Assembly: GCA_965262615.1 (NCBI GenBank)
Contig: OZ253545.1
Span: 448,001-512,000 of the forward strand
DNA length: 64,000 nt
Direction of reading: 5' to 3'
Source of the DNA: Alphaproteobacteria bacterium
Lineage (GTDB): Bacteria > Pseudomonadota > Alphaproteobacteria > GM7ARS4 > G965262615
Shown: positions 42,487 through 51,921 of the stretch, piece after piece
How positions within the stretch are numbered: the stretch's first letter is position 1
Layout of the letters: the number at the start of each line of letters is the position of its first letter
The notes under the pieces: generated by a model
Told to the model about the DNA's origin: nothing
Databases searched by the model: none
The model's input: only the letters and a program-made list of their open reading frames with translations
Program-made: the position numbers and the translations under genes

Positions 42487-45400
42487 TCACCTCTTCAACA
42501 GATTTTTCGGCAGCGTGATGCGATCCGCCAGCATGAGGGCAGACGGCGTGACCACAAGGGTCAGAATGGTGGAGATGGTGAGTCCAAAGGCGATGGAGCT
42601 GGCAAGAGGCTGCCAAAATTGGGTTGAGGGCGCGCCTTGTGTGATTTGCATATTGATGAAATCCACATTGATACCCAGCACCAGTGGCAGCAATCCCAGC
42701 ACGGTGGTGACGGCTGTCAGCAGCACGGGGCGAATGCGCTGAATTCCCGTGCGAATGACGGCTTCGGCGGGGTCTTTGATGGTTTTTTTGAGTCGTCCCC
42801 AAGTGTCAATGAGGATGATGTTGTTATTGACCACAATGCCCGCCAGCGCAATGATGCCAATGCCGTTCATGATGATGCTAAAGGGCTGATAGGTGAGCAA
42901 AAGCCCCAGCATGACACCAACGGTGGAGACGATGACGGCACTGAGAGTGAGAAAGACACTGTAGAAGCGATTAAAGCGAGTGAGCAGTGTCAGGGCGATG
43001 AGAAACAGGGCGGCGAGCAGGGCTTTTTGCAAAAAAGCGGCGGCTTCGTTTTGTTTCTCGTCCTCCCCTTTGAAATCCACAAAGACTCCTGGCGGCGGAC
43101 GCTGTGTTGCCAGCCAGCTTTTGGTGGCGCGCACGATGTCATCGGCGAGCACTCCCTCGCCCTCACGCACATCGGCTTTGATGGTGACGGTGCGAATGCC
43201 ATCGGTGCGATGAATGGTGCCCACTTTGGGACGCGCCTGACGGGTCACAAAGGTGCTGATGGGAACTTGTCCCATAGAGGTATCCACATAGAGGCGGTCT
43301 ATTTCATCCAGTTGGCGCATATGGCGCGGCAGGCGCGCCACGATATCCACCTCTTCAAAGGAATCATTGGGGCGATAGTCACTGATTTTCAGCCCTCGTG
43401 TCACAAGACGCACCACCGAGCCAATGGATGCCACATCGGCAGCAAACTGCGAGGCTTTGGGGCGATCGATTTCCATCTCCCACGAGATGCCGGGGATGGA
43501 GACACCTTCTTCAATGTTGGTGAGATAGGCGGTGGATTTGATTTTGTCGGCAATCACCTGGGCGGCGGCATAGAGTCGTTCGGGCTCACGCGCTCCCACT
43601 TTGATTTGAATGTCTTTGCCCACGGGGGGGCCTCTTTTTTGTCTTTGCACCTCCACCACGACTCCGGGCATTGCGCTCAAGCGTTTTTCTGCTTCAGCCA
43701 GAATGACGCTTGCCAAGGGACGAGTCTGCCAATCGGCAAATTCCAGATAGATAGAGCCAATGATGTCTTCGGCTTTATCTCGTGAGTCGCCGCCTTTGCC
43801 GGTGCGGGTGTAGATGGTGTCAATGCCGCCGATATCATACACATGGGCTTCGGCTTCTTTCATGATGTCATCTTTTTCAAACACCGAGAGATTGCCGCGC
43901 GCATGCATCTGAATGACGGCAAAATCGGGGTCGGTTTGCGGAAAAAAGATGACCCCCCGTCCAAACATGCCATAAAGAATGACCGAAGCCACCAAAGCCA
44001 CAAAAGAGAGGATAATCACCAAAAGAGGTCTTTGAATGCACCGTTTCATGACGGCGACATATTTTTGTGCCAGAGGTGACATGTCCTTGAAGTCGCCCTT
44101 TTCCCCCGCTTTGAGAGTCGCCAGAGCCTGAGAACTGATGGGGCGCGGCTTGCCGATGTATGCTCCCAGTGTGGGCACAAAGAACAATGCCATCATAAGA
44201 GATGCGCTCAGCACGGCGATGAGTGTCAGTGGCAGATAATACATGAATTCGCCCGTGGTGCCGGGCCAAAACAACAAAGGCAAAAACGCCAGCAAGGTGG
44301 TGAGGGTGGCGGTGATGACCGATGGAGCCATGGCACTGGAGGCGCGTGCGTAGGCTTGTTTGCGCGCCACGCCTAAATTCATGAGACGATCGGCGTATTC
44401 CACCACCACGATGACACCATCCACCAGCATTCCCACCGTGAGAATGAGAGAAAACAACACGACAATATTGAGGGTCACGCCCGCCAGACCCAATGCCAGA
44501 ATGCCTGCGAGAAATGATCCGGGGATGGACAGGCAGACCAAGCTGGCAGAGCGTCCGCCGAGAATGAAAATAATCACCGCCACCACGATTAAAATCGCCA
44601 GCATGACGCTGTTTTCTAGGTCGCTCACCATGTCAATCACTCGTTTGGATTTGTTTTGGGTGTAGGTGATTTCTATGGATGGCGGGAAGTATTGTCTCTG
44701 CTGTTCCACAATCGCGCGCACATCCGCCACCGTTTTGATGATATTCTCGCCGGTGCGTTTGGATATCTCAAGAGCCACTGAGGTTTGTCCATTGATGCGA
44801 GCAAATCCTTGTCGGTCTTTGAAGGTGCTGCGAATCTCGGCGATGTCTCGCAGGGTGATGGTCTCGCCGCTTGCCAGACGGATGGGAAAATTGAGCAAAT
44901 CTTTGGCGGTATTGACGAGCCCTGGCACTTTAATGGCAAATGCGCCGTGTCCTGAATCCAGCTGACCACTGGCGACCAGAGCGTTATTGCGTCCCACGGC
45001 ACTGAGCACCTGTTGCGCCGTCAAGCCGTAGTATCGGATTTTAGCGGGATCAATGATGAGTTCCAATTGGCGTTCACGATCCCCTGCGATCTCAACTTTG
45101 AGCACTCGCGGCAGGGCGCGCAATCGCTGTTGCAGGTCGGTGGCGATGGTGGTGAGTGTGCGCTCGGGAACAGCCCCCGACAGAGTCACCACCAGAATGG
45201 GAAAGAGACTCAGATTGATCTCTCGCACACGGGGTTCATCGGCATCGCTGGGCAGTTCACTTTTGGCAATATCCACCTGTGCCCGCACATCCGACAGTGC
45301 TTGGTCCACATCAAACCCTGCGTCAAATTCCAGAATGATGTTGCCGCCATTCTCATAGGCGGTGGCGCGCATTTCTTCGACCCCATCAATGGAGCGCATG

Positions 45401-45612
45401 GCTTGTTCCATCGGACGAATGAGCAGTCGTTCGGAATCTTCGGGCGAGATGCCCTCATAGTGCATGGAGATGTAAATATTGGGGATGTTGATGTCCGGCT
45501 CGGCTTCACGAGGCACACTGTTGTAGGTGACGACTCCCGCCACAATGATAAAGAACAAAAATCCAAACACGGAGCGGGCATAGGTGATGGCGGTGCTGAC
45601 GATTGTTTCCAT
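42487..45612 (-). CDS. RND efflux transporter permease (AcrB/AcrD/AcrF family)
   Basis: 1041 aa; GMLVDGVIVVVE, GIVVNNNIILID, R.RPVLLT..TT.LGL.PL. Confidence 0.95.
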   Translation of the reverse strand: METIVSTAITYARSVFGFLFFIIVAGVVTYNSVPREAEPDINIPNIYISMHYEGISPEDSERLLIRPMEQAMRSIDGVEEMRATAYENGGNIILEFDAGFDVDQALSDVRAQVDIAKSELPSDADEPRVREINLSLFPILVVTLSGAVPERTLTTIATDLQQRLRALPRVLKVEIAGDRERQLELIIDPAKIRYYGLTAQQVLSAVGRNNALVASGQLDSGHGAFAIKVPGLVNTAKDLLNFPIRLASGETITLRDIAEIRSTFKDRQGFARINGQTSVALEISKRTGENIIKTVADVRAIVEQQRQYFPPSIEITYTQNKSKRVIDMVSDLENSVMLAILIVVAVIIFILGGRSASLVCLSIPGSFLAGILALGLAGVTLNIVVLFSLILTVGMLVDGVIVVVEYADRLMNLGVARKQAYARASSAMAPSVITATLTTLLAFLPLLFWPGTTGEFMYYLPLTLIAVLSASLMMALFFVPTLGAYIGKPRPISSQALATLKAGEKGDFKDMSPLAQKYVAVMKRCIQRPLLVIILSFVALVASVILYGMFGRGVIFFPQTDPDFAVIQMHARGNLSVFEKDDIMKEAEAHVYDIGGIDTIYTRTGKGGDSRDKAEDIIGSIYLEFADWQTRPLASVILAEAEKRLSAMPGVVVEVQRQKRGPPVGKDIQIKVGAREPERLYAAAQVIADKIKSTAYLTNIEEGVSIPGISWEMEIDRPKASQFAADVASIGSVVRLVTRGLKISDYRPNDSFEEVDIVARLPRHMRQLDEIDRLYVDTSMGQVPISTFVTRQARPKVGTIHRTDGIRTVTIKADVREGEGVLADDIVRATKSWLATQRPPPGVFVDFKGEDEKQNEAAAFLQKALLAALFLIALTLLTRFNRFYSVFLTLSAVIVSTVGVMLGLLLTYQPFSIIMNGIGIIALAGIVVNNNIILIDTWGRLKKTIKDPAEAVIRTGIQRIRPVLLTAVTTVLGLLPLVLGINVDFINMQITQGAPSTQFWQPLASSIAFGLTISTILTLVVTPSALMLADRITLPKNLLKR

Positions 45613-45615
45613 TGT

Positions 45616-46695
45616 TCAAAAAGCCACCGTGTCGGTGTTTTGTGTTTCATGAGGGGTGACGATTGCGCCATCAAGGATAAAACCCTGTCCGCGGGTGATG
45701 ATGGTGCTGCGTTGCGGCAAGCCGGTAATCCAGATGCCATCGGCATCTTCCCCCACGGCGGTGACGGTGATAAAGCGGGCAATGTTGCCTTCATCCATGA
45801 TTTTAACGCCCAGTCGTCCGTCATCATCCAAGCTGAGCAAAGAGGAATGGATGCGATGGGCGAGGATGGGTTGGCGTTGCACAATGAGTTCCACCGAAAA
45901 ACCACTGGGAATGTTGGCATCGTCATTGGGGGTTTGTGCCTCAATGCGAAAAGTGCGGGCGTTGGTGGTGGTCGCGGGAGCTTTATAGGTGACGGTGGCA
46001 TCCACCATCTGTCCGTTGGTGAGGCGAATGTGTGCTTTTTGTCCTTTGGCGATGAACGGCATGTCTTTTTCGCTGGCATCGGCTTGAACGATCAACGGCG
46101 TGAGCGACACCATGCTGACAATGACATCTCCCGAGCGCATGAATTGTCCCTCATCCGCCTGATGATTAAAGATGATGCCATCAAAGGGGGCGGCGATGGT
46201 TCGTTTCTCCAGTTGGTTGAGGATGGTCTGCACGCGAGCGTAGGCGGTGGCATGGGCGGCGGTGGCGCGTTGTTTTTCAATGGCACTGCGATGACCCTTG
46301 AGAGACAATGATTCTGCCGCTTTCAATTCGGATGTGCGTTGTTCCAGCAGAGCTTGAGCCTCCAGCAATTGGGCTTGTTTGTCCTCTGGGTCTAATTGGG
46401 CGATGATGTCGCCTTTGTTGGCAAAGCTGCCGTCACTGAATGGGCGTTTGATCAAGATGGCATCACTGGCGGCGCGAATGGTGACTTCTTTGTTGCCACT
46501 GGTGACGCCGCGCAAGACCACGACGGGCGTGTAGGAGTGTGCTTGGGATTGCGTCACCTCCACCGCAAAAGGCGGCATGGTGGGGGCGGAGGGTGGCGGT
46601 GATGATGGTGACAAAACCACCACCACGATAACCAGCACGGCGACTGCCACCAACGCGAGACGCCATTTACGATGTGGGGTGCGCATAGAATTCAT
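45616..46695 (-). CDS. RND periplasmic adaptor (membrane fusion protein)
   Basis: N-terminal TM, lipoyl-like halves, I.APFDG, TF.IE; directly upstream of the RND permease. Start uncertain. Confidence 0.9.
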   Translation of the reverse strand: MNSMRTPHRKWRLALVAVAVLVIVVVVLSPSSPPPSAPTMPPFAVEVTQSQAHSYTPVVVLRGVTSGNKEVTIRAASDAILIKRPFSDGSFANKGDIIAQLDPEDKQAQLLEAQALLEQRTSELKAAESLSLKGHRSAIEKQRATAAHATAYARVQTILNQLEKRTIAAPFDGIIFNHQADEGQFMRSGDVIVSMVSLTPLIVQADASEKDMPFIAKGQKAHIRLTNGQMVDATVTYKAPATTTNARTFRIEAQTPNDDANIPSGFSVELIVQRQPILAHRIHSSLLSLDDDGRLGVKIMDEGNIARFITVTAVGEDADGIWITGLPQRSTIITRGQGFILDGAIVTPHETQNTDTVAF

Positions 46696-47365
46696 GATAG
46701 CGTTGCCGAATTTCTTTGCTGTGTTGGGTTTTTTGGTCATGAATGATGCCTGTGGGGTTGCCTCCGAAAAGGATGACGCGCTGTCCCAAAAGAAGAGCTT
46801 CCTCCAATTGATGGGTGACGAATACTATTGTTGTATTATTTTTTTGCCATAAGGCAAGAGTGAGTTCTTGCAGTTGGCGCGCCATGGCGGCATCAAGGGA
46901 TGTGAAGGGTTCGTCCATGAGAAGCAGGGAGGGCTGATTGAAAAAGGCTCGTGCCAGAGCCACCCGCCGTTGCTGTCCGCCTGAGAGTTGATGAGGGTAG
47001 TGGGAGGCTTTGTCTTCAAGTCCCACATGGACGAGCCAACGGTGTGCCTCTTGAATGTGGTGAGGCGATGGGGAAGTGTTTTGCACCAGCAAAATATTAC
47101 CGATGGCGGTGAGCCACGGCATGAGACGCGGCTCTTGAAAAACATAGCCGATGCGGTGTTGTGAAGGGATGTCATGAGAGATGAAGTCATCGGGCTGGGT
47201 GATTCCCGCAAGAATATTCAACAAGGTGGATTTGCCGCAACCAGATGGACCCAGCACACACAGAAATTCACCGCTTGCCACCGACAGCTGCAGGGGGGCG
47301 AGGATTTGTTCGCCACTGACAAAACTTTTGCCAGAGATGTGAAGAGACACGCTCACTTGCGCCAC
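46667..47365 (-). CDS. NitT/TauT family ABC transporter ATP-binding protein
   Basis: GPSGCGKST, VFQEPRLMPW, LSGGQ, LLLMDEPF, FVTH. Confidence 0.95.
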   Translation of the reverse strand: MAQVSVSLHISGKSFVSGEQILAPLQLSVASGEFLCVLGPSGCGKSTLLNILAGITQPDDFISHDIPSQHRIGYVFQEPRLMPWLTAIGNILLVQNTSPSPHHIQEAHRWLVHVGLEDKASHYPHQLSGGQQRRVALARAFFNQPSLLLMDEPFTSLDAAMARQLQELTLALWQKNNTTIVFVTHQLEEALLLGQRVILFGGNPTGIIHDQKTQHSKEIRQRYHEFYAHPTS

Positions 47366-48093
47366 CGATTGATATGACTTTCCAGAGGACGCAATAAAAA
47401 CGCCTCAATGAGAATGATGACAAAGATGAAGGCAAAGCTGTAGGCGAGGATGGCGGCGATATCAAAGAATTGAAAAAAATGATGCAATTGAAAGCCGATG
47501 CCATCGCTGCGTCCCAGCAGTTCCACCACCAGAACAATTTTCCAGATGAGGGAGAGTCCCGAGCGCGCCGCCGCCATCATGTAGGGATACAGTTGCGGCA
47601 GAATAATCAAACGCAAAATACGCACCGAAGACAAGCGATAGACAGCTCCCACCTCTAACAGGTCTTTGTTGAGGGCGCGCGCTCCCTCACGCAGATTAAT
47701 CACCACGAGGGGAATTTTATTGATGGCGACCGCAAGGATGGCGGCACTGTCATTGAGTCCCACCCAAATATAACACAGAATGATGGTGACAAGAGCGGGC
47801 ATATTGAGTGCCAAGATGAGGAGGTCATCAAAGGTGGAGTTGATGATGGTGTTGCGTCCCATGATGATGCCGATGGCACTGCCCACCGACATGGCGATGA
47901 TAAAGGATATGACGACTCGTCCCATGGTGACAAGGCTATGATGGATGAGTTCGCCATGGACGGTGTGCTGGATGATGGCGTGCATGACGGTGGCGGGCGA
48001 GGGGAGGATATCGTCATTAATCCACAGGGCGGCACTCCACCACAGCAGCATAAAGCTGCCGAATCCCAGGATGCGCCAGAGGGTGCTGGTCAT
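47353..48093 (-). CDS. NitT/TauT family ABC transporter permease
   Basis: LPSP..V, EAA-like loop LLEVGAVY, WKIVLVVELLG...GIG. Confidence 0.93.
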   Translation of the reverse strand: MTSTLWRILGFGSFMLLWWSAALWINDDILPSPATVMHAIIQHTVHGELIHHSLVTMGRVVISFIIAMSVGSAIGIIMGRNTIINSTFDDLLILALNMPALVTIILCYIWVGLNDSAAILAVAINKIPLVVINLREGARALNKDLLEVGAVYRLSSVRILRLIILPQLYPYMMAAARSGLSLIWKIVLVVELLGRSDGIGFQLHHFFQFFDIAAILAYSFAFIFVIILIEAFLLRPLESHINRWRK

Positions 48094-49079
48094 GGTTGTG
48101 GTTGCGAGGGATTCCAGAGGATGGATGGCGGAATTTCATGAGCATCGCCGACCAGTTCTGTGCCGCCCACTTGTTTGAGAATGGAGAAGAGTTGTTGCAT
48201 GGCGGGGAAGGCTTCGTGGAGGGTGAAATTGGGGATGCCCTCAATGTAGCCTTGTTTGAGTTGTTGCAGGGCGGGACGGTCTTGTGACGGCATGATGGTG
48301 GCGAGGCGTTGCCATTCGGCATCGGAGCTGTGCATGATGGCATTGGCACGCTGGCTGGCATTGATGAACGCGGCAACACGCTCGGGGTAACGCTGTGCCC
48401 ATTCCTTGCTAAAAATCCAGCCATTGATGGGAACCGGATGAGAAATACCCAACGCTTGAATCATTTCAGGAACAGAACTGATCACGGTGTGATTATGAAA
48501 GCGCAAGCGCGCCTGATAGTGCCAGAAGGTGAGGACGGCATCCAGCTTGTCTTTTTTCAGCAGTTGGCTCAGCAGTGGCGGTGCGCCGTAGGTGATGGTG
48601 TTGTCATCGGCGGGGTCGCGCTGCTGTGTTTTGAGCAGGAAGGCGCGCGTGATGAGCCAGCTTTTGTCTATTTTGCCTCCCGCGACTCCGATGGTGCGTC
48701 CTGTGAGATCTGAGAGAGAGGTGATGGGGCTATTGTGGGCAAGCAAAATGCCCCCCGCCGCTTGAGAATAGGGAACGAAGAGATAGTCCTTGCCTTTGGT
48801 GTTTTGGCGAATGACCCAAAACCAGTCACCCACAATGATATCCACGCTGCCCCCTTGAAGGGCAACCGCCGCCGCATTCTTGCTGGCAAGAGGAATGACG
48901 CTGAGCTGAAAATTATTTTCCGTATCCAGCTGATGATGCTTCATGACATTGAGATGCCAATTGACAGTGCCAAAGCGCAATGCCCCCACACGAATTGTGT
49001 CATTGGCATGAAGGCTGGAGCTGAACAGCACCAGCACAAAGAGTACAAAGGGAAGAATTTTTATTCGCAACATGGCCAT
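48090..49079 (-). CDS. NitT/TauT family ABC transporter substrate-binding protein
   Basis: Signal peptide; FGTVNW, ALQGG.VD.IV.DW.WV, VAGG.IDKSW, GAPPLL. Confidence 0.9.
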   Translation of the reverse strand: MAMLRIKILPFVLFVLVLFSSSLHANDTIRVGALRFGTVNWHLNVMKHHQLDTENNFQLSVIPLASKNAAAVALQGGSVDIIVGDWFWVIRQNTKGKDYLFVPYSQAAGGILLAHNSPITSLSDLTGRTIGVAGGKIDKSWLITRAFLLKTQQRDPADDNTITYGAPPLLSQLLKKDKLDAVLTFWHYQARLRFHNHTVISSVPEMIQALGISHPVPINGWIFSKEWAQRYPERVAAFINASQRANAIMHSSDAEWQRLATIMPSQDRPALQQLKQGYIEGIPNFTLHEAFPAMQQLFSILKQVGGTELVGDAHEIPPSILWNPSQPQP

Positions 49080-49131
49080 GAGATGTTAGAATTATTTGAT
49101 GAATGGTGCTTTAATGGCAGGGATGACTGTA

Positions 49132-49380
49132 ATGGAAAATGAAAATAATTGCCAATCGTTAGATATGCGGGGTTTGCGATGTCCGTTGCCAGTGCTCAAA
49201 GCTCACAAGGCATTGCGGAGTTTGGCGGCGGGCACACTGGTGGTGGTGCTGACTGACGATGAGGGCGCACCGAAGGATTTTCGTGATTATTGCCAGACGG
49301 CGGGGCATGAATGGGTGTCATCGTCTTATGATGAGACAGACAGCGCGTGGCATGTGACCATTCGCCGCAAGGGAGATTGA
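49132..49380 (+). CDS. tusA: TusA/SirA-family sulfur carrier
   Basis: LDMRGLRCPLPVLK...DD.GA..DF (CPxP motif). Confidence 0.9.
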   Translation: MENENNCQSLDMRGLRCPLPVLKAHKALRSLAAGTLVVVLTDDEGAPKDFRDYCQTAGHEWVSSSYDETDSAWHVTIRRKGD

Positions 49381-49385
49381 GAACG

Positions 49386-50429
49386 ATGGGCTCATTGCGT
49401 TACGGCTGGACGACAGGAGCGTGTGCCACGGCGGCGACGGTGGCGGCGTGTCGGGTGTTGATGGGAGGCGTTGCGCCGTCACAGGTGACGATTCCGCTCA
49501 AACGGCGTGTCCTCACACAAGGGGTGTTTGTGATTCATGACTGGGGCTGGCAGGAAAACGGAGCATTTGCCTCGGTGATTAAGGATGCGGGCGATGACCC
49601 CGATGTCACCGATGGGGCGAAAGTGAGCGTGTTGGTGCGGCGCGGCGCGGCGGGGTCGGGCATTGTGTTCAAGGCGGGAGAGGGTGTGGGAACGGTCACC
49701 AAACCGGGGCTCGCGTTGGCGGTGGGAGAGGCGGCAATCAATGATGCGCCGCGCCGCATGATGACCGATGCCATCAAAAAAGAAATGAGACAAAATGATG
49801 TGTGCGTGACCGTGAGTGTTGCCGATGGCGAGCGGCTCGCTCAGCGCACCATGAATGCACAGCTGGGCATTGTGGGGGGACTGTCTATTTTGGGGACGAG
49901 TGGCATTGTGGTGCCGTTTTCGTGTGCGGCGTGGGTGGCGTCTTTGCATCAGGCGGTGGATGTGGCACTGGCGGTGGGGCATCGCCATTTGGGTGCAAGT
50001 GTGGGAACGACCTCGCGCCGTTTGTTGCAAAAAAATACATCCCTTGCCGATGATGCCATCATTGATATGGGGGATTTTATCGGCGCGTTGGTCAAATATG
50101 TTAAAAAACAAGAAGGGATACAATCTTTCACCATCGCGGGGGGATTTGCCAAAATGGCGAAATGGGCTGATGGCGCACAAGACTTGCATCATAAAAAATC
50201 TTCGGTGTCTTTGGATTCTCTGGCGCAATGGGTGATGGCAATGGGCGCGCCGCCTGCTGTGGCACAGGCGGTGCGGGAGAGTCATTCGGCGCGCGATGCA
50301 CGCGCCATTGCCCACAAGCACGGATGGAATCTCGCCCATGAGGTTGCCCGCAGAGGCGAGGCTCGCTTGCAAGAGATGCTGCCTCACACACGCTGCCGCA
50401 TCATGATTGATGGGGTCGGTGATGAATGA
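49386..50429 (+). CDS. cbiD: Cobalt-precorrin-5B C1-methyltransferase
   Basis: LRYGWTTGACATAA, KDAGDDPDVT, GVG.VT.PGL, GGLSILGT.G.V.PFS, MGDF.G. Confidence 0.96.
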   Translation: MGSLRYGWTTGACATAATVAACRVLMGGVAPSQVTIPLKRRVLTQGVFVIHDWGWQENGAFASVIKDAGDDPDVTDGAKVSVLVRRGAAGSGIVFKAGEGVGTVTKPGLALAVGEAAINDAPRRMMTDAIKKEMRQNDVCVTVSVADGERLAQRTMNAQLGIVGGLSILGTSGIVVPFSCAAWVASLHQAVDVALAVGHRHLGASVGTTSRRLLQKNTSLADDAIIDMGDFIGALVKYVKKQEGIQSFTIAGGFAKMAKWADGAQDLHHKKSSVSLDSLAQWVMAMGAPPAVAQAVRESHSARDARAIAHKHGWNLAHEVARRGEARLQEMLPHTRCRIMIDGVGDE

Positions 50430-51237
50430 CTCACGGCGATCGCTGCTGATTGTGGGGGGCACGAGCGAGGCGATGGCGGTGGCGCGTGTGCTTAAAGATG
50501 AGGCGCGAGTGACCATGTCTCTGGTGGGCATGACGCAGGCGCGTCTGCCAGATGGGGTGGATTTGCATCGGGGGGGATTTGGTGGAGTGGGCGGTCTTGA
50601 GGCGTATGTGCGTGGCAAAGGGGTGGAGGCGATTGTGGATGGCAGTCATCCGTTTGCCACCACCATGCGCGCATCTGTGACAGCGGTGGCACAAAAACTT
50701 GATGTGCCGCGCATCGCGCTGGTGCGAACATGGCACAAGAAAAGCGATGACCAATGGGTGACATGTTCGTCTCGTGAAGAAGCAATCGCAGGAGTGAGCC
50801 AATACATGAAGCATTTGCGAGGGCGTGTTTTTTTGAGCGTTGGCGGGCGCGGCGCATTGGCGTGGCGCGATGATTTGGCGGATGTGCCTGTGGTGGTGCG
50901 AACGATGGGCATTGCGCCGCCGCCGTCTGTGCCACCTTCATGGCGATGGCTATCGGCTGCGCCTGCCGATGAAGAATCGGAGGTGGCATTTTTCAAAGAG
51001 CATGATATTGACCTGGTGGTGAGCCGTCACAGTGGCGGGGTGCGATCCTACGGCAAGATTGCGGCGGCACGGCGATTGGCAATCACGGTGGTGATGCTGG
51101 ATGCGCCGCCGCCGCCACCGCCTCCGCTTTTTTCTCATGCCAATGAGGCGGTGCGGTGGTATCGGTCATTGAGGGCGAAAGATGTGGCGATGGGCGGGGT
51201 CATACAGCGCGCTGTTGGATGCGGGGGCATCGGATAG
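50422..51237 (+). CDS. cobK: (Cobalt-)precorrin-6A/6x reductase
   Basis: GGTSEA, GGFGG..GL, VDGSHPFA, SGG...KI.AA..L. Confidence 0.92.
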   Translation: MNDSRRSLLIVGGTSEAMAVARVLKDEARVTMSLVGMTQARLPDGVDLHRGGFGGVGGLEAYVRGKGVEAIVDGSHPFATTMRASVTAVAQKLDVPRIALVRTWHKKSDDQWVTCSSREEAIAGVSQYMKHLRGRVFLSVGGRGALAWRDDLADVPVVVRTMGIAPPPSVPPSWRWLSAAPADEESEVAFFKEHDIDLVVSRHSGGVRSYGKIAAARRLAITVVMLDAPPPPPPPLFSHANEAVRWYRSLRAKDVAMGGVIQRAVGCGGIG

Positions 51238-51921
51238 AACCGGTGACACAATAATCAAAGCGGTGCGGGTGATTTTATGCTGCCGCACCAGAGCGGCGAT
51301 GTCTTTGAGGGGGCTTTGCAAAATGAGTTCATCCTCGCGACTGGCATGATAGATGACGGCACATGGGGCATCATCGCCATAGAAGGGAGTCAGGTCGCGC
51401 ACGATGGTTTTGATGCGGCGAATGGAGAGATGAATGACTAAGCTCGCGCGACTGTGAGCAAAATGAGCCAACGATTCGCGCGGCGGCATGGCAGATGCCG
51501 AGCCGTCCGTGCGGGTGAGAATGACACTCTGGGTGACATGCGGTGCGGTGAGTTCTTTTTTCAAACTGGCAGCGGCAGCGGCGAAGGCGGGCACACCGGG
51601 GATAATCTCGTAGGGAATGGAACGGGAATCCAACGCCGCCATTTGTTCGCCAATCGCGCCATAGATGGAGCAATCGCCCGAATGAAGGCGCACGATTTTT
51701 TTGCCATCCTTGTGATATTGCTCCATGCGTTCAATGATGGCGGGCAGGGTGAGGGATGCGGTGTCAATGGCTTGGGCATGGGGTGGTAGGTATTGCAGCA
51801 TGGCATCCGGCACGAGGGAGCCGGCATAGAGACAGCAATCGCACTGTTGCATGACCTCATAGCCTTTGAGGGTGAGCAGTTTTGCGTCCCCTGGACCTGC
51901 GCCAATGAATGTGACGCTCAT
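51166..51921 (-). CDS. cobM: Precorrin-4 C11-methyltransferase
   Basis: FIGAGPGD, LYAGSLV, RLHSGD.SIYGA, ELT.P.VTQSVILTR, HLS. Confidence 0.96.
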   Translation of the reverse strand: MSVTFIGAGPGDAKLLTLKGYEVMQQCDCCLYAGSLVPDAMLQYLPPHAQAIDTASLTLPAIIERMEQYHKDGKKIVRLHSGDCSIYGAIGEQMAALDSRSIPYEIIPGVPAFAAAAASLKKELTAPHVTQSVILTRTDGSASAMPPRESLAHFAHSRASLVIHLSIRRIKTIVRDLTPFYGDDAPCAVIYHASREDELILQSPLKDIAALVRQHKITRTALIIVSPVLSDAPASNSALYDPAHRHIFRPQ

